From NCBI GenBank assembly GCA_030704615.1, contig CM060732.1:39308001-39372000 (forward strand): 64,000 nt of DNA, written 5' to 3'. Numbering within the stretch: the first letter of the stretch is position 1; every line of letters begins with the position of its first letter. This DNA is from Takakia lepidozioides. Its lineage: Eukaryota > Plantae > Bryophyta. The notes under the pieces were generated by a model. It was not told the DNA's origin and ran no database searches. It saw only the letters and a list, made by a program, of their open reading frames with translations. A program made the position numbers and the translations under genes. This document shows positions 1-13,371 of the stretch, in pieces.

Positions 1-1
1 T

Positions 2-1321
2 CATGTTTATGGAACTCATAAGCATAGCCTGTTGAGGGTCATCTTGGTGAGCTTGCTGCTGTTCTCCCTTATCCTCAACAGTGTGATGCCTTACGAACCA
101 TTCAGGCCATTGCCCCACCAGATTTTCTTCCTGAACCACTTCATCCGTCACCGGTGCTGCAGTGTTTTGACATTCTACCTGTGGTACCTCCGTCACAGGT
201 GTGTGTATTATATGCACCGCAGGGTTTCCCTTGGACAACCGTTGCACCTCCGGAATCACTGTGTCCTTGACCATACCAGAATATTCATAGAGAAGGTCCC
301 CCTTCTCAATTTCTGCCACCACCTGTTCTGTAGTGGGAATATCTAACCCTTCTTTTTCTAAATCAATTATTTCTGGTTGAACTGCATGGACAACTTGTGG
401 TAACCTTGTGACAAGCCGATCCTCTGGCTGTGATGGCTGTGATACTGAAGTAACTTCCTCTTCCCTCTCTGAAGGTCCTGCTTCCAGTAATAGCAGTTCT
501 TTGTGCTGCTGTGCCCCTTCCTGCACATGAGCTTGGGAAACATTATCATGCGGATTGCGTGAAGCCAATGGATCCGTCACTACAGTCTTTCCCCGCCTCT
601 GTCTCTTATTCTCGGGTTGCCCTGCCAGTCCACCCTCACTGTGTGAAGAGCCTTGCTCTTCCATTGCAGTGGTTTCTGGCTCAAACACTCCCATCTCCTT
701 TCTTTCTCGAGCATCAAGTATGCCAGAATCAAGAATTATTTGAGCAATGATTGGGCCAGAGACTATGATAGGAGATTTTGCGGCAGTACCCTGTAATCTT
801 TTCATCTCCTCTACTAGTGCGTTGTACATTATGTCCGCCCATTCTACCTCTTCTCCTCTCAGGGCTTTGAGTATTTCCTCTATGAAGGATCTCCTCAAAT
901 ACTGTTGGTTCTGTTTCATGGCAAACAAAACGTTCAATACCTGGCCTACCTCCTTTAGCCCTGGGTACACGGCCTTGGTACAAGCATAACCTTGAGTTTT
1001 AAAGAAACTCCCTTCTTGGAATAAGTCCCCTATTTGCAGTCTTGCCCTGTGCTCCTCCACATGCACTTGACATGCTGGCAATCGAAACAATTGTTGTAGG
1101 TATAGGGGAGTAATTAATAATTCAACTCCCTTCACCGTTGTTGCTCATGTCCTTGGCTCAAAGTTCTGCAAGAATTGTAACATGTACTGTCTATGGTGCA
1201 ATGTCCAATCTTTGCTTTGCAATCCTTACAATCTCAGCTCCTTCAATAACTGTATCGCCTGTGGAGTAGCAATCGTTTGTTTCTGCAGGATTGTGGTGCT
1301 CTTCACCTTTATTTCCTCCAT
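2..1321 (-). CDS. Extra ORF downstream of integrase (env-like/accessory ORF), running off the window
   Basis: Manual translation: ATG at 1321 (MEEIKVKST...), in-frame stops at 1226-1228 and 1145-1147, then about 380 stop-free codons to the window edge (QLFRLP...GEEVEWADIMYNALVEEM...). Absent from the ORF track, presumably because no stop is reached. Confidence 0.7.
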
Positions 1322-1532
1322 TCCTCTCACTCACTTCATTCTAGACCCCCAGAAATGTTTTGGCTGTAACAATTGAAGAAATGCCTGCATGGCACAAAGC
1401 ATAAACGTATGGTTGCTACAAAAAGCTATGGGTAATTTGTTGTAAGCCTGCGGGGCTTGCAAGCATCGATCAAGAGAAAAGATCCACTCTGTTCTTTCGT
1501 CCCTATGCCACTGCGTAAGTAATATTGCGAGC

Positions 1533-1612
1533 GTTGTGATAGGTTGTGTCACGTCGTGATGGGTTGTGATAGGTTGTGTTTCGCCTTGATGGGCTGTGAT
1601 AGGCTGTGTCCC
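1533..1612. repeat. ~30-bp tandem repeat, about 3 copies
   Basis: g(t/c)tgtgatagg(t/c)tgtgt repeated at ~30-nt spacing between integrase and the extra ORF. Confidence 0.75.
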
Positions 1613-1727
1613 GCTTGTTCTGCCCGCCCTGGTCATATATGCTCGGCCTAGCAACAAGTGCTCCATACTCCGTTGGTAACACTGGCGCAGCCCGTGACTG
1701 CTCTTGCATTTCAACACGCAATTCATG

Positions 1728-4700
1728 CTACAATGGTTTGTCATGGATACCACTGTACCTCTTCAACTTATTGGCATTGACTATTCCCAGCATTTCTTTG
1801 TTAATGGTTTGTAACATGGCGGTGTTGTTATCATACATCTTTTGTATGACATAAGGTCCTTTCCATGGTGATTTAAGCTTAGAAGCTTTAATCTTTCCTT
1901 TCTTCTGCAACCATAGAACCAAATCTCCCGTCTTAAAAGTCTTTAACTTGCCCTCATCAAACTGTCCCTTCCTCTTCATCTGAATTCTAGTCATATTATC
2001 AGCTGCATCAACACGTACTTCTTCCACATGGTATAATTCATGTTTCTAGACCTTAATGGAATCTTGCAATTCCATTCGCTTTCCCCATTCCATTCTCATG
2101 GTAGGTAACAGGAATTCCACTGGAAGTAAGGCTTCCATACCATAAACTAATTGGAATGGTGTATACTTAGTGGTGACTTTATATGAAGTCATGTATGACC
2201 ACAAAGCTGTCAGCAGCTTTGTATCCCAATCCGTTCTGTTTGCATTGACTATCTTAGTCAAGATAGTACATAGTATTTTGTTGGTAGCCTCTGCCTGCCC
2301 ATTACCATGTGGGTAATATGTTGTACTCTTCCTATGCACAATCATGGACTCTTTAGTCAATAATTCAATGGTCTCATTAATGAAGTGACTTCCCTGATCA
2401 CTGATAAATTCCAAGGGACAGCCAAATTGTGTAAGTATGTTCTCATACAGGAACCTTGCTGTGGACTTGGCTGTGTTGTCCTTCAAAGCTTTAGCTTCCA
2501 CCCACTTCGTAGTATAATCAGTGGCTGTAATTATGTACCTGTTCCGTGTATTCTTGGCTGGTGGGTTAATCGGTCCAACAAAGTCTAGTCCCCATTTCTG
2601 AAATGGTTCCGTAGGCATTGTAGGATGCAAGGCCATCCTTCCATCTCTGCAAAGGTCCTAGCCTCTGACATTCATCACAACTCTAACAATACTTGTGTAT
2701 ATCTTTGAACAAAGTAGGCCACCAGTAACCTGCGAGTAGTATCTTCCTACTGGTAGTCTCTTCTCCAAAATGACCTCCAGCCACTCCTTTATGAACTTCC
2801 TCCAAAACTTTATTTACTTCATGGTGGTACAAGCATCGTTTTAGTACTCCATCAGGTCCTAGCTTATACATTCTGCTTCCTACCATAGTATAAGGTAAAG
2901 CTTTGATAGCGATTCTCTTCCTCTGCTCCCTACCATAACTAGGTGGGCATTGACCATGAGTAAGGTAGTATCTGATTGGCCACTGCCAATCTATCCATTC
3001 ATCTGCACTTCCTTGTACCTCCATTACAAATAAACTCGCATCAGGTAACTGATCGTCTACTCCTGTGGCGGCCTCTCCTGTTGTTAGTCGTGACAAATGA
3101 TCTGCCACAAGATGCAAACGGCCAGGCTTGTAAACAACTTCGAACTCAAACTCATGCAAGATTATTAACCACCTCGCTATCCTTCCACTTATCAAAGGTT
3201 TGTTCACCAGATATATCAGAGCCTGGTGATCCACATAAAACATAAACTTTCTTCCCAATAGGTAATGCCTGAATTTCTTGACTGCATAAATCATTGCCAG
3301 TGCTTCTCTTTCAGTTGTGCTATAGTTCCTTTCAGCATTATTCATCAACCTGCTAGCATAGTACACAGGTGAATCTATATTTCATGTAACATTATGGGCT
3401 AACACCGCTCCCAACGCTTCTCCTGATGCATCACAGTGAACATGAAATACTACATGCCAGTGAGGGTTAATCAGCACAGGTGTAGTTGTTACTGACAGTG
3501 TAAGTTCCTCAAAAGCCTGTTGACATTCAGCTGTCCATGCAAACACTGCATCTTTCTTCAGAAGCTTGCTCAATGGTGTTGCTATTTGTGCATACCTTTT
3601 GACAAATCTTCTGTAATAACTGGTTTGCCCAAGGAATCTCCCTAGACTTTTAACATCCACTGGTGGTGGAGAGGCTTTAATGGCCTCTGTCTTCCTGAGA
3701 TCCACAAGAAGTCCCCTCTTACACACAATGTGTCCCAGAAGCATCCCTGAGTTCACACAGAAAGTACACTTCTCTGGATTCAGGCCCAGACCTCTCATCC
3801 TGCATCTGGCCAGACATAACTCCAATTTATGCAAGTGCTCATTCTTAGAGCTGTACACACTGAAATCATCCAAGAACACCTGCATGAAATCATCCAGATA
3901 CTCATGAAAAGATTCACTTATCACTCTCTGAAAGGTTGCTGGTGCATTACAGAGTCCAAAGGGCATGACTTTGTATGCATAAGCACCCCAGTCTGTGATG
4001 AAATCTGTCTTTCCTTGATCTTCTTCTGCCACTTGCACTTGATTATAACCACTGAAGCCATCCATGAATGAGTACATCTCATGGCCTGCCACAGTGTCCA
4101 ATACTGCTTCTGTGAATGGCAAAGGGAAAGGATCTTTCTTCGTACAAGCATTCAGCTTCTTGTAGTTCACACATACTCTTAGTTTACCATTCTTCTTGGG
4201 AACTATTACAATGGGTGACAACCAAGTTGTATACTCTATTGGGTATATAAACGTAGCCTCAGCCAACTTCTTGATTTCTTCTCCAACCTTCTGTGCGTAG
4301 TTGGGATTCATTCTGTACCTTGCCTGCTTGATTGGTACTGACCCTGGTTCCAGTTCAATCTTATGCTGACAGATTTCAGGTGATATCCCTTTTAGATCCT
4401 CATAGCTCCAAACAAATACATCTCTGTATTTGATGAACAAACTCTTAGCTTCTTCAAAGAATTCTGGCTCCAAATCAGCTCCTACCTTCACCATCCTCAG
4501 TTCCTCTTTAGTTCCCACATTCACTTCCCTCACCTGCTCATCAGCTGTGATTGTCCAACCAGTCACCACTTCATCCTGTAAACTCACAGTGGCTGGTTCC
4601 TCTAGGATTTCCATTTCTCCTTCTCTTTCTTCATAGAAATGTGATGGGTAACTGCTGGTTTCCTCTTCAGTTGGTGTTGCTGACACTACACCACAGCAGA

Positions 4701-5250
4701 TACCTCTTAAACAACTTAGGCTTTCCAGCCGCATCTCCGCAACCTGCTCCTACTCTGGGTGTGCTGCAAACAAGGTAGCTTCCTGCTCCTCATCCAGTCC
4801 TCCTCTCCAGTCATACTCTCTGACCCCTCGAGGTCTTCTCGTAGCAGGTAATCTACTAGATTTCTTTGTGGTAATTTGTCTCTCGTGTATCCCATTATGC
4901 ACGGTTAGTAACTAAGAATTCCAGTCATGGAATACCCTGGCCTGTTTCAGCCACGGACGTCCCAATAATAAGGAGTAAGCCTCCATGACTTCATCCATCT
5001 TCAACACAGTTACTATGATCATAAAGATCATCTTCTGTATCTGTATCTTAACTCCTCTTATTAATCCCAATGGCTGTACACTTCTTTGATCTGCCATTGT
5101 TACTGTAAATGGGGCTGGTTTCATGTTACTTAGACCAAGCTTCTTCCTTAATTGGTCTGTCATGATATTTACTCCAGAGCCTCCATCTATCAGTACATCA
5201 GTTAGTTATGTGCTTCTAATTCTCAATTGGATTACTGGCATAGATGGAGG
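1728..5250 (-). pseudogene. Gypsy pol polyprotein (PR-RT-RNaseH-INT), disrupted
   Basis: ORF pieces 4912-5163, 3382-4734, 2683-3366, 2046-2636 and 1728-2027 are collinear parts of one pol. Confidence 0.92.
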
Positions 5251-5719
5251 TCTTGACATGTTGATGAAATCGGAACTTCCAGGTATTGATGCAGAGGAGG
5301 AAGTTGTGAATCTAGCAGAGCCTACAGAGTGCTCAGCATCATCCCAGCGTGGTCGGCAGGTTCCATCGGAGTTTCATCAATTGAAACTGAGATGAAGTCC
5401 CTGTCGCTTCTTGGCAATGAGAGTGAAACAATACGCAAACATCTGCTTGTCGAGCTTCGTTGTGTTCGTGGGAGGTTGTCCACTTTACAAGTCAGAATCG
5501 ACAAAGGTCTGTTGCACCCTCTTCAGGCAGTTCCATTCATAAAAAATGATGATGGAAACAACATGTCCCTTGCCAGGAAAGTAGATTTTGTAGACCAGTT
5601 CCGTAGTAAGTGACCATTGAGTCCATTGGCAATGATACTCATTTTGTGATCACCAGGTTTAATATGAAGTACATGTCTGTTCATGGGTTGTTATTCACTT
5701 TGCCATTCCATCCACATTC

Positions 5720-7050
5720 AACCTATGTAACCCACTCAATGGGACACCCATGGGCCGGGGTGACACAACACAGGGTTACATTGTCTGGGGTTTCATAACG
5801 TAACATAGCTCTACTTAGTGTAACTCGCATTTGTGGTACTCCACACAGTGTAACACAGACGAGTGTGAACCTCTTCAGTATAACTCATTGTGGTGTAACT
5901 CCAAGTGTAACTGCAATGTAACTATCAACAATGTAACCCAGTATGTAATCCCATAGAATATTGTTGTTAGTGGTGTAACTCTGAGAATTATAAGTCGATG
6001 ACTACAATGTGATTACAGGGTCTGGGTTAGTCTGCCGGGGTTACATGACCCTTCAATACAGAGTGGGAAGATGCTGAAGTCGAGCACCTTTAGTCGCCAA
6101 CACTAGCCCCTGTATGTGTAACCCCTCTATGTGTAACCCACCCTGCATGTGTAACCCATATATGTGTAACCCCTGTATGTGTAACCAATTTAGGTATATC
6201 CCACCCTGTATGTGTAACCCATGTATGTGTAACCCAATTTGTGTGTAACCCACCCTGTATATGTAACCCATGGACGTGTAATCCATGAGATAGATAATCA
6301 TTCCGTTTAACCTATGTTATGGACCAATGTAGTCCTTCGGAGTGTAACTTGTTGTTGTGTAACCCCATGAAGTATGTATCCCGACCACAAGTAACCCCCA
6401 TTGTTGTCACCCCATCGCATGTAACCCATTGTACAATTTGGGGTGCATGCTATAAACCCCGATGCTACATCACCCCATCTTATGTATCTCGACACGTAGC
6501 CCTTGTATAGGCAACCCTGCCCACTTTCACTGTGCACAGTGTAACTTAGAACTGTGTAACCCTCTTGAGTGAGTGTAACCCAGAGTGTTGTAACTCCAAG
6601 AAGTATGTAGCCCGACCAGATGTTACCCCCACTATGACCCCGTCGTATGTAACCCATTGTACATAGCCCTCATGTATGTAACCCCATGTTATAAATCTGA
6701 GAGCTTCAGTGCACAAAAACTTCAGTGCGGCAAAAAAAAAACAAGTGCGCATAGTCGAGGTGGGGTTACATGCCACGAAACTATACTGTTTCAGCAATGT
6801 GACCCTAACATAGCCAGGAAGGCCCAACCCTGTAACCCTGAGAGGCCCATTGCATGTAACCCATAAGTGTAACCCCACATTGTGAGACCCGGTATGGTGT
6901 AACCCATCACTTATGTGTGAACCCACAGAGTGTAAGCCCATTGCCCCAGGTCCCCAAGGTGTACCCAAGTACTTGTCTATGACTCCACTTCATGTAACCT
7001 TATAAGGTGTAACCCCATGTAAGCCCATTGCATGAAACCCAAACTGTGAA
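5720..7050. repeat. Degenerate TGTAACCC motif array
   Basis: Dozens of tgtaaccc/tgtaactc/gtgacac units, near-tandem at 6105-6285. Confidence 0.9.
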
Positions 7051-8559
7051 GTGTTACGAACAAACCACATAGAAGCAAAAAAATGCATCAAGAGACGCTA
7101 TTTATTTCTTTGGCCATCTGACCAAGTCTTTGTCCATCTCGTCACACAACCAACTAATCATAAGAGTACGGGAAGCTATCATGGTTGACTCGTTGAACCA
7201 ACTTGCAGTAAACGCCCGCCTATGACGGGTTCGATCTTCTGTGGTTTTCACATTGAACTTCCACTCCAAGTAAAATTGCACAAAACAAAGTGCATAATAG
7301 CCACACTCCCAACAGCTCTGTTGCTGGGGGACACTGGCCTCAAACCATTCTATCCTCTCCATGACGTAACTGAAGTCATCAGATCCAGGCATGAAATCAA
7401 AGAACGCTATGGCAAAATTTCGCAAAATTCCTTCAATGAGTTTGGGTCGGGCAATGGTTTTATGGGAGTCCAAATGTACTATCCGACCTCGGCGCTCTAA
7501 AACAGCAACACTCCAGTGATCACTGCAACACAAACAAAGCCGTTACGTCAGAATAGAAAAAAAAAATGAAACCCATTGTGGTATAACCCGGCTGTGGTAT
7601 AACCCAGTAGTGTAACCCTTTGTACTGTAACTCTACACGGTGTTACACAACTAGTCAGCAGTGCAACTCCAAACTAGTGCAACTTAGTGTAGAATAGAGG
7701 AGTGTAACCCAACATGCTCAGTCAATGCTGAAATTATTTACTCAAAGACAATAGGGATGACAATCACGTCCACAAGATCTCGATTCTTTGTGAACACCAT
7801 CCCTCGGGTATCCTAAGTGTACCATTCTTGCACCAACCCGAATAGCGTCTGCAGATCGTTACCATTGGTACGCATGACATGCCATTGGAAAGGAGCACAG
7901 CTGACAAACTCAGGTGCGATAGTCTTAAACAATTTGGCCTCCAGAAGTTTGTTGTAACCCGAGAGCAATGCATCTGTGACAGTTGCTCTTATTTTATATA
8001 TCGGCTCAAAATCTGTCTCTTCCAAGTAAAACTGTAACGGGGTAGAAGCCAGGAAGGCATCGCCATAATAAAACTTCACTTCGGGCGCCCCAGGAAGGTC
8101 CGACACCATTCTGAACTTTGTCAAGTACCATTGTTTTAGTCTGCACAACAAACCGCACATTACGAACATTACGATGCATCATACAAGAGTTATAATCAAT
8201 ATTCAAAATTAGAGAGGATCAAAGTACAATGAGGTACCTCAAACGCTCCCGCAAGTGCTTGGCAAGGACCTTTTGCTGCTGGACAACGTCAACCTCCGAG
8301 ACCCCTGCACTTTTGCCTTTCGATTTGGCTCGCTGTTTTTTGGGTGCGACAAGAACATGTATTTCTTTGTTAGCGCTAGGGGGTTCAGCCAACCGCTTTC
8401 TTTGAGTAGGCGACCGTTTTGACCTCTTGGGATTCTCTGCAACCCTGACAATACCGCCGGTAGGGGGAATTTCTGGGCCAGAGGTGCCTTGTTCTGAGTT
8501 TGCTGCAAGTGCTAAAGACTGCACTCCCTCGTCTGAGATGTGCTAGGGAGGTGACTGAC

Positions 8560-9500
8560 CAAGGGCAGAAGTGTAACAACTCACCTCCTCGGTGCTACCC
8601 CTGTTAGTGTCACCCTTCTGTTCAGACCCCTTGTCAGAGTCACGCTTCTCAGTGTCACGCTTCTCTTCGGCTACCTCCTCAGTGTCACTCTTCTTAGTGT
8701 CACCTTTCTCTTCGGCTACCTCCTCAGTGTCACGCATCTCAGTGTCACCCTTCTCTCCGGCTACCTTCTCAGTGTCACCCTTCTCATCGGGTTCCTTCCC
8801 AGTGTCACCCTGCTGAGTAACAATCTTATGTGTGTCACCCTTGGCAGTGTCACTCTTCTCAGTGTCACGATGCTCCGCAACATCCTTCTCTTTGTGACTC
8901 TCCACAGTGAAATGCTTCTCAGTGTGACCCTGCTCTGTATAGCCCTTCCAACTGACAACCTCCTCGGTGACACCCTTCCCCGTGTCACCCATGTCGATGT
9001 CACTCTTCTTTGCATCAACCTCCTCAATGTCATCCTTGATTGTGTCGCCCTTCTCCGCATCCTCCAAGACCATGTTGACTAGCGGAAGAGCGTCATCCGT
9101 CGCGACTAGTGGCCATGGAAAAAGAAGTGTCATCCATGGCAATGTTACACTCATGGACATCTGCCATGTGGGTTGGCTGTGGGGTGTCACCCCTATTTGT
9201 GTAACCCATGTCAATGTCACTTTCAGCGAAAGTTGCAGTGTTCACGGGCAATGGTGTGTCACCCACGACAATGTCCCTCACGGCAGTGTCAGCCACACCG
9301 GTATCCGCAGTATCACCCTGAGGTGCAGTGTAACCCTTCTTCCCTATTGCTCCTCTCTGCGTAGTGTCACCCTCAGGTGCAGTGTAACCCTCAGTTTCAG
9401 GGCCTCCTCCCCTTGCAGTGTCACCCTGCGCATCAATATGACCCACGAAGGCTCGGTGACTGTCTGTCTGCTTAATCCCCCGGACAATGTCACCCTCAGT
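8560..9500 (-). repeat. GGGTGACAC/GGGTTACAC motif repeats inside coding sequence (GDT/GYT peptide repeats)
   Basis: agtgtcaccc units on + translate on - as EKGDTE, QGDTA, KGYTA. Confidence 0.85.
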
Positions 9501-10189
9501 ATTGACCACCTCCTCCAATGTGACATGTTGTGGCGCGAAATGACTTGGATCTTCGGTCTGCATCATTCGAACACTGTCATTCTGAGAGAGGTTGACCACA
9601 TGATCCTGACAAATACTTACATTGCTGCATGGAGGGTTCAGCCCAGCATCTCCAGATTGAAAGTCATACATAGACTCTGGGTCAAGCGGGTCCCCGATTC
9701 TTTGATTAAGACCTCCAAAAGAAATGATTGGGGCTACGGACAAAGAGGTTCGCACTTGGGTGTTCCACCTTGATATATCATCTTCAGTATCAGTATCAGA
9801 ATTCACAGGCAAATCCCGCGTCAAGTCTGCTAGGTTCACCCCTAAGTGCAGCTGGGTTGAGTACAATTCACCAACCTGTGACAAAGATACAACGGCAGAT
9901 TGACTTGGAATGATGTCCTCGTCATGTACATCGTCGCTCTGCGGGGCGGAAATTGAACGAAGACGAGGTTTAACCATCTCCTCATCCTGTAACACAGAGG
10001 GCCCATCGCTCGTCTGCGCGCCCCCTGTATCGCATTGTGGAGGGGCCCCATACACACTTCGTGAAGCTCACGTTGAGCCTCAAAAAGGTTTTTGAACACA
10101 TTGGTGACTTGATTGGTCATGAGCTCGGACTCATCTGCATCGGGGAAAAGACAAAGGTTTTTAGTCATGGAACGAGGTTTTTGAAGTGC

Positions 10190-10535
10190 AAGGGTTACAC
10201 TATGTAAGGGTTACACTGACTAGGACAAGACAGTGGTTCGGATTACACGATGTGGGTTACACCACCCTGTTAGAGACAGTAGTTTGCAATGGGTTACACT
10301 AGTGAGATTACACAACGAGAGGGTAACAAATCTAGGGTAACACAGCGAGGGGTACCATTAGGGGTACACTGATTACAAGGTTACATACTCCGAGGGTTAC
10401 ACTGATTACAGGGTTACACACAGCGAGGGTTGCACTGAGTACAGGGTTCCACATAGCAAGGGTTACACTGATTACATGATTACACACAAAGGGGTTACAC
10501 GACGAGAGGGGTGATAGTGGATGGAGTAACACTTA
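10190..10535. repeat. GGGTTACAC array (intronic)
   Basis: Many gggttacac units; further arrays at 7570-7710, 11430-11585 and 13755-14155. Confidence 0.85.
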
Positions 10536-11585
10536 CATAGATACCAAGGCACTATAGACCCAAGGTCTCTCATATACTGGATGCCAAAATGCGCATTGAA
10601 GTCCATTTTTGTTGGTGATTCGCTGAAGAGGCCACAACACCAAAGCTGGATAAATGATTCTTTCTGTTAAATCGCAAAGTGATGGGCGGCGCGACGACGG
10701 CTTGCCTTGCAAAATTGTATAGCTCCGTTGATCTTAATTGACCGGTCACCCCACTCTTTGGTACTCAAACTTGATCTTAAGTCCTCGAGCTCAGAATCCA
10801 AGGTCACAATTCCGTCACTAGGTTGTGCAAAGTACATCAGACTAAAGCCGTAATACTCATCGACCAGGTCCTTCATCTTTGAGGCCGTAAGAGCACTTTC
10901 CAGAAGTTCAGTCACGAACCCCAACCTGGGAAGCGTTTGGGAAACTGACCTACCATGATTTCTTACATCGTTGTGGGCCAGAATTCTCAAAAGAAGCGGT
11001 GGTGGTCCAATGTGCGGTTTGGTGAGATTCTCCATTTGACTGATCAATCCTTCCGCAAAACCACAAGTGAATTCCAACGGATCTGGAACAACCAAACTTT
11101 TGATTCCATCTACAGTAATATTGATGACAAGAGGATTTGAAGTTTTGGCATCGTCAAGGTCGGTATTGCCAACAGCTGGTTCGTCCATCGTGTCATCATC
11201 ATGTGAGGCTTGGCTCTCTCGATGGACTCGTGTAAGTCTCCCACTTTTTTTTCTTTTTTTTTCTGCTTTGGCATGTCAGGATGCCCAATGCTCTCTAAAT
11301 ACTCCTTCACCCGATTCAATTCCTCTATTATTAACGGACCATGATCCGGCTGGGCTGTAAACGCCTTGTGGGAAGCAACAACACTGTCCATATCATCGCT
11401 TCTAAGATGATGTCGAGCTCCCTGCGCAATACAGCGTGAGGGGTTACACCAGAGAAAAGGGTTACAACACGAGGGGTTACACATGAAAATGGGTTACAAG
11501 GAAGGTGGGCTACACGGGGTTACACAGAGGTGGGTTACACACCATATGGATTTTTAAAAGGGGTCCTCTGTAGGTGGGTTACAAC

Positions 11586-12834
11586 AGGAAAGACATGGGG
11601 GACAGGGCCCGACAAAGAGGAGCTCATGTTGCGTCAAGCAGCTAGATCTAATAGCCCAGCAAAAATGGGTAAGGTTGTACGTGGCATAGTAGCTGGAACA
11701 CCCATGCACACAAGGGGGGTTCAATTGGAGGGAGACAATCACACTATTCTAGTCAAACGCAAGTTAGGCAATGAGCATGGTGGGCCAAACGAATCTTGGA
11801 GGTGTGATATGAATTTAAAGACTGTTCCAGTGCGCGCCACTGGGATGCCCCGTCCACACCAGCCATCTAGGTTTGTCAGCTCCAAATCAAGTCATGACAT
11901 TCCTGGTTCTTCGACTTTCTGTGAGACAAATCCACATGTTGCTATCCCTCCTCAGCCAATGCAATGGGGAAATCCAGTGAGAGAGACACAAGACTTTTCC
12001 GATGCATTGTTCAGGATTCAGCGGCCAGGTCCTACTTCCATGGTTCGTTGTTCTGCCTTGGTTGGAGTTTCCAAGGATAAATGCAAAGCGCTCATCAGGA
12101 AAGGTAAAGGAAGTCCTGCACCTTGCTTCACTGGCAAGTTACTAGCACCGAACATGAAAGAACCAAAACTGCAAGTTTTTTGGTTTTGCCCCACAGATGT
12201 TTTGTCGTGTGTTGGAGGGACCGTGCCATCCTATTGCTTGGGAAAACCGGGTATACCTAACGTGTGGCCTGTGAAGGTTGGAACCAACCTTACACAAGAA
12301 GAGGTGGACAACTTGACCCTTGCAGGTTTTCGACTAGTCCATCCTCCCAACGTTCCTGATCCGAACTTTCCTGTGGGACCACTTCCAGTGGAACAACATA
12401 TTCATCAAGGTGTTGTCCTTCTTGTGGGTAAGTATCCCACTACACGCTATGGGGTGCGCATTCGACGTTGGGATCCGACTCCTTGACACTTGAGTCGCCA
12501 AGAGTTAGCGGAGACTCTTATTGCTGAGGTTCGTGGATTCAGAAACATGCCTCAGCCAGGTTATGGGAGAATTTACCAGCTACAAACAGAGGGATTTACC
12601 AGAGCAGGATTGGTTTACAATGTATACATTGGTCAGTTTCCATCTTGTGATTGTCCCGACTTTGATGAGCTATCTGTCAAGAAGAAAAAACAAACATATC
12701 TACCTTGTAAGCACATGTACTTCATGTACAACGTGCATCTAGGATGCGCCGGGGCTTATGAGATCCACCAACCTTCCCTTAGCCAGTTAGAGGTTAGGGC
12801 TATGCTAAAGAAGGACCCTAGTTCAACTTCTTAG
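11586..12834 (+). pseudogene. C-terminal half of the MULE transposase with SWIM zinc finger (displaced by inversion)
   Basis: GTGPDKEELMLRQAAR...LVKRK segment followed, after an in-frame TGA at 12484-12486, by YNVYIGQFPSCDCPDF...PCKHMYF (SWIM CxC...CxH). Confidence 0.75.
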
Positions 12835-13371
12835 TGACACATGAAATGCACAAAAAAAGAACCTCTAACTTGTGCCGTTCATTTTCATGCATGTGACATG
12901 TAATTATCTCGTTACTACTTTATTCCAAACATGACACATAGCATTTGTTAGTACAGAAGTTCCTATTTTGGTTAAAATGGAACTTGTGTACCTGTCATAC
13001 AAGTTTTCAAATTATAGAACTGCTTGGCATTACAAACAGACATGCAATGTGGTGGTTCCAAACATGACACATATGCATTTGTTAGTACAAAAGTCCATAT
13101 TTTGGTTAATATGAAACTGTTTTCCTTGAATACAAGTTTGCAAACTATCACTTTGGCTAGGGATCTTGAATCCTCTTCAGTTTAAGGTGGTGCATTAGTT
13201 GGAGTTAGTGGTCACATGCATCTTTGACCATTGACTACTGATTTTGTTAGCTAAGATTTTTATTTTTTTCTATATACATATGATGTAACATTTGCATATG
13301 CAATAAATACGTCGTATTCTATGTTATATACCTCCACTGCATACAATCTACAATGTGTGCATACAAATTTG

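Larger units (their letters stand above)
1..5255 (-). mobile_element. Degenerate Ty3/Gypsy LTR retrotransposon (non-chromovirus, Athila/Phygy-like); gag and 5' LTR missing, 3' end outside the window
   Basis: Minus-strand order PR-RT-RH-INT: protease DVLIDGGSGVNI (~5170-5200) and LLGRPWL; RT MPFGLCNAPATFQR and FLDD; RNaseH HCDAS, NYSTTEREALA; integrase GHFG, WGLDFVGP, SDQGSHF, GNGQAEATN, WKGPY. Several stops and frameshifts. Homology stops abruptly near 5255. Confidence 0.93.
7102..11421 (-). pseudogene. 3' part of a spliced cargo gene ending in a Ulp1/SENP (C48) cysteine protease domain
   Basis: Last exon has DHW...HLDS...VPQQQSCWECG (His, Asp, Gln, Cys in C48 order). Upstream exons at about 7740-8140, 8230-10150 (low-complexity GDT/GYT) and 10620-11421 (acceptor AG at 11422-11423). 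Frameshifts and an in-frame TAG at 7813. Confidence 0.8.

Noticed and set aside
6053-6968. ORFs within the TGTAACCC array (also 25486-25934)
   Set aside because: Translations (GLH/GYI/VTL repeats) are by-products of the repeat.
8967-9773. 268-aa plus-strand ORF
   Set aside because: Antisense shadow of the repeat-rich minus-strand exon.
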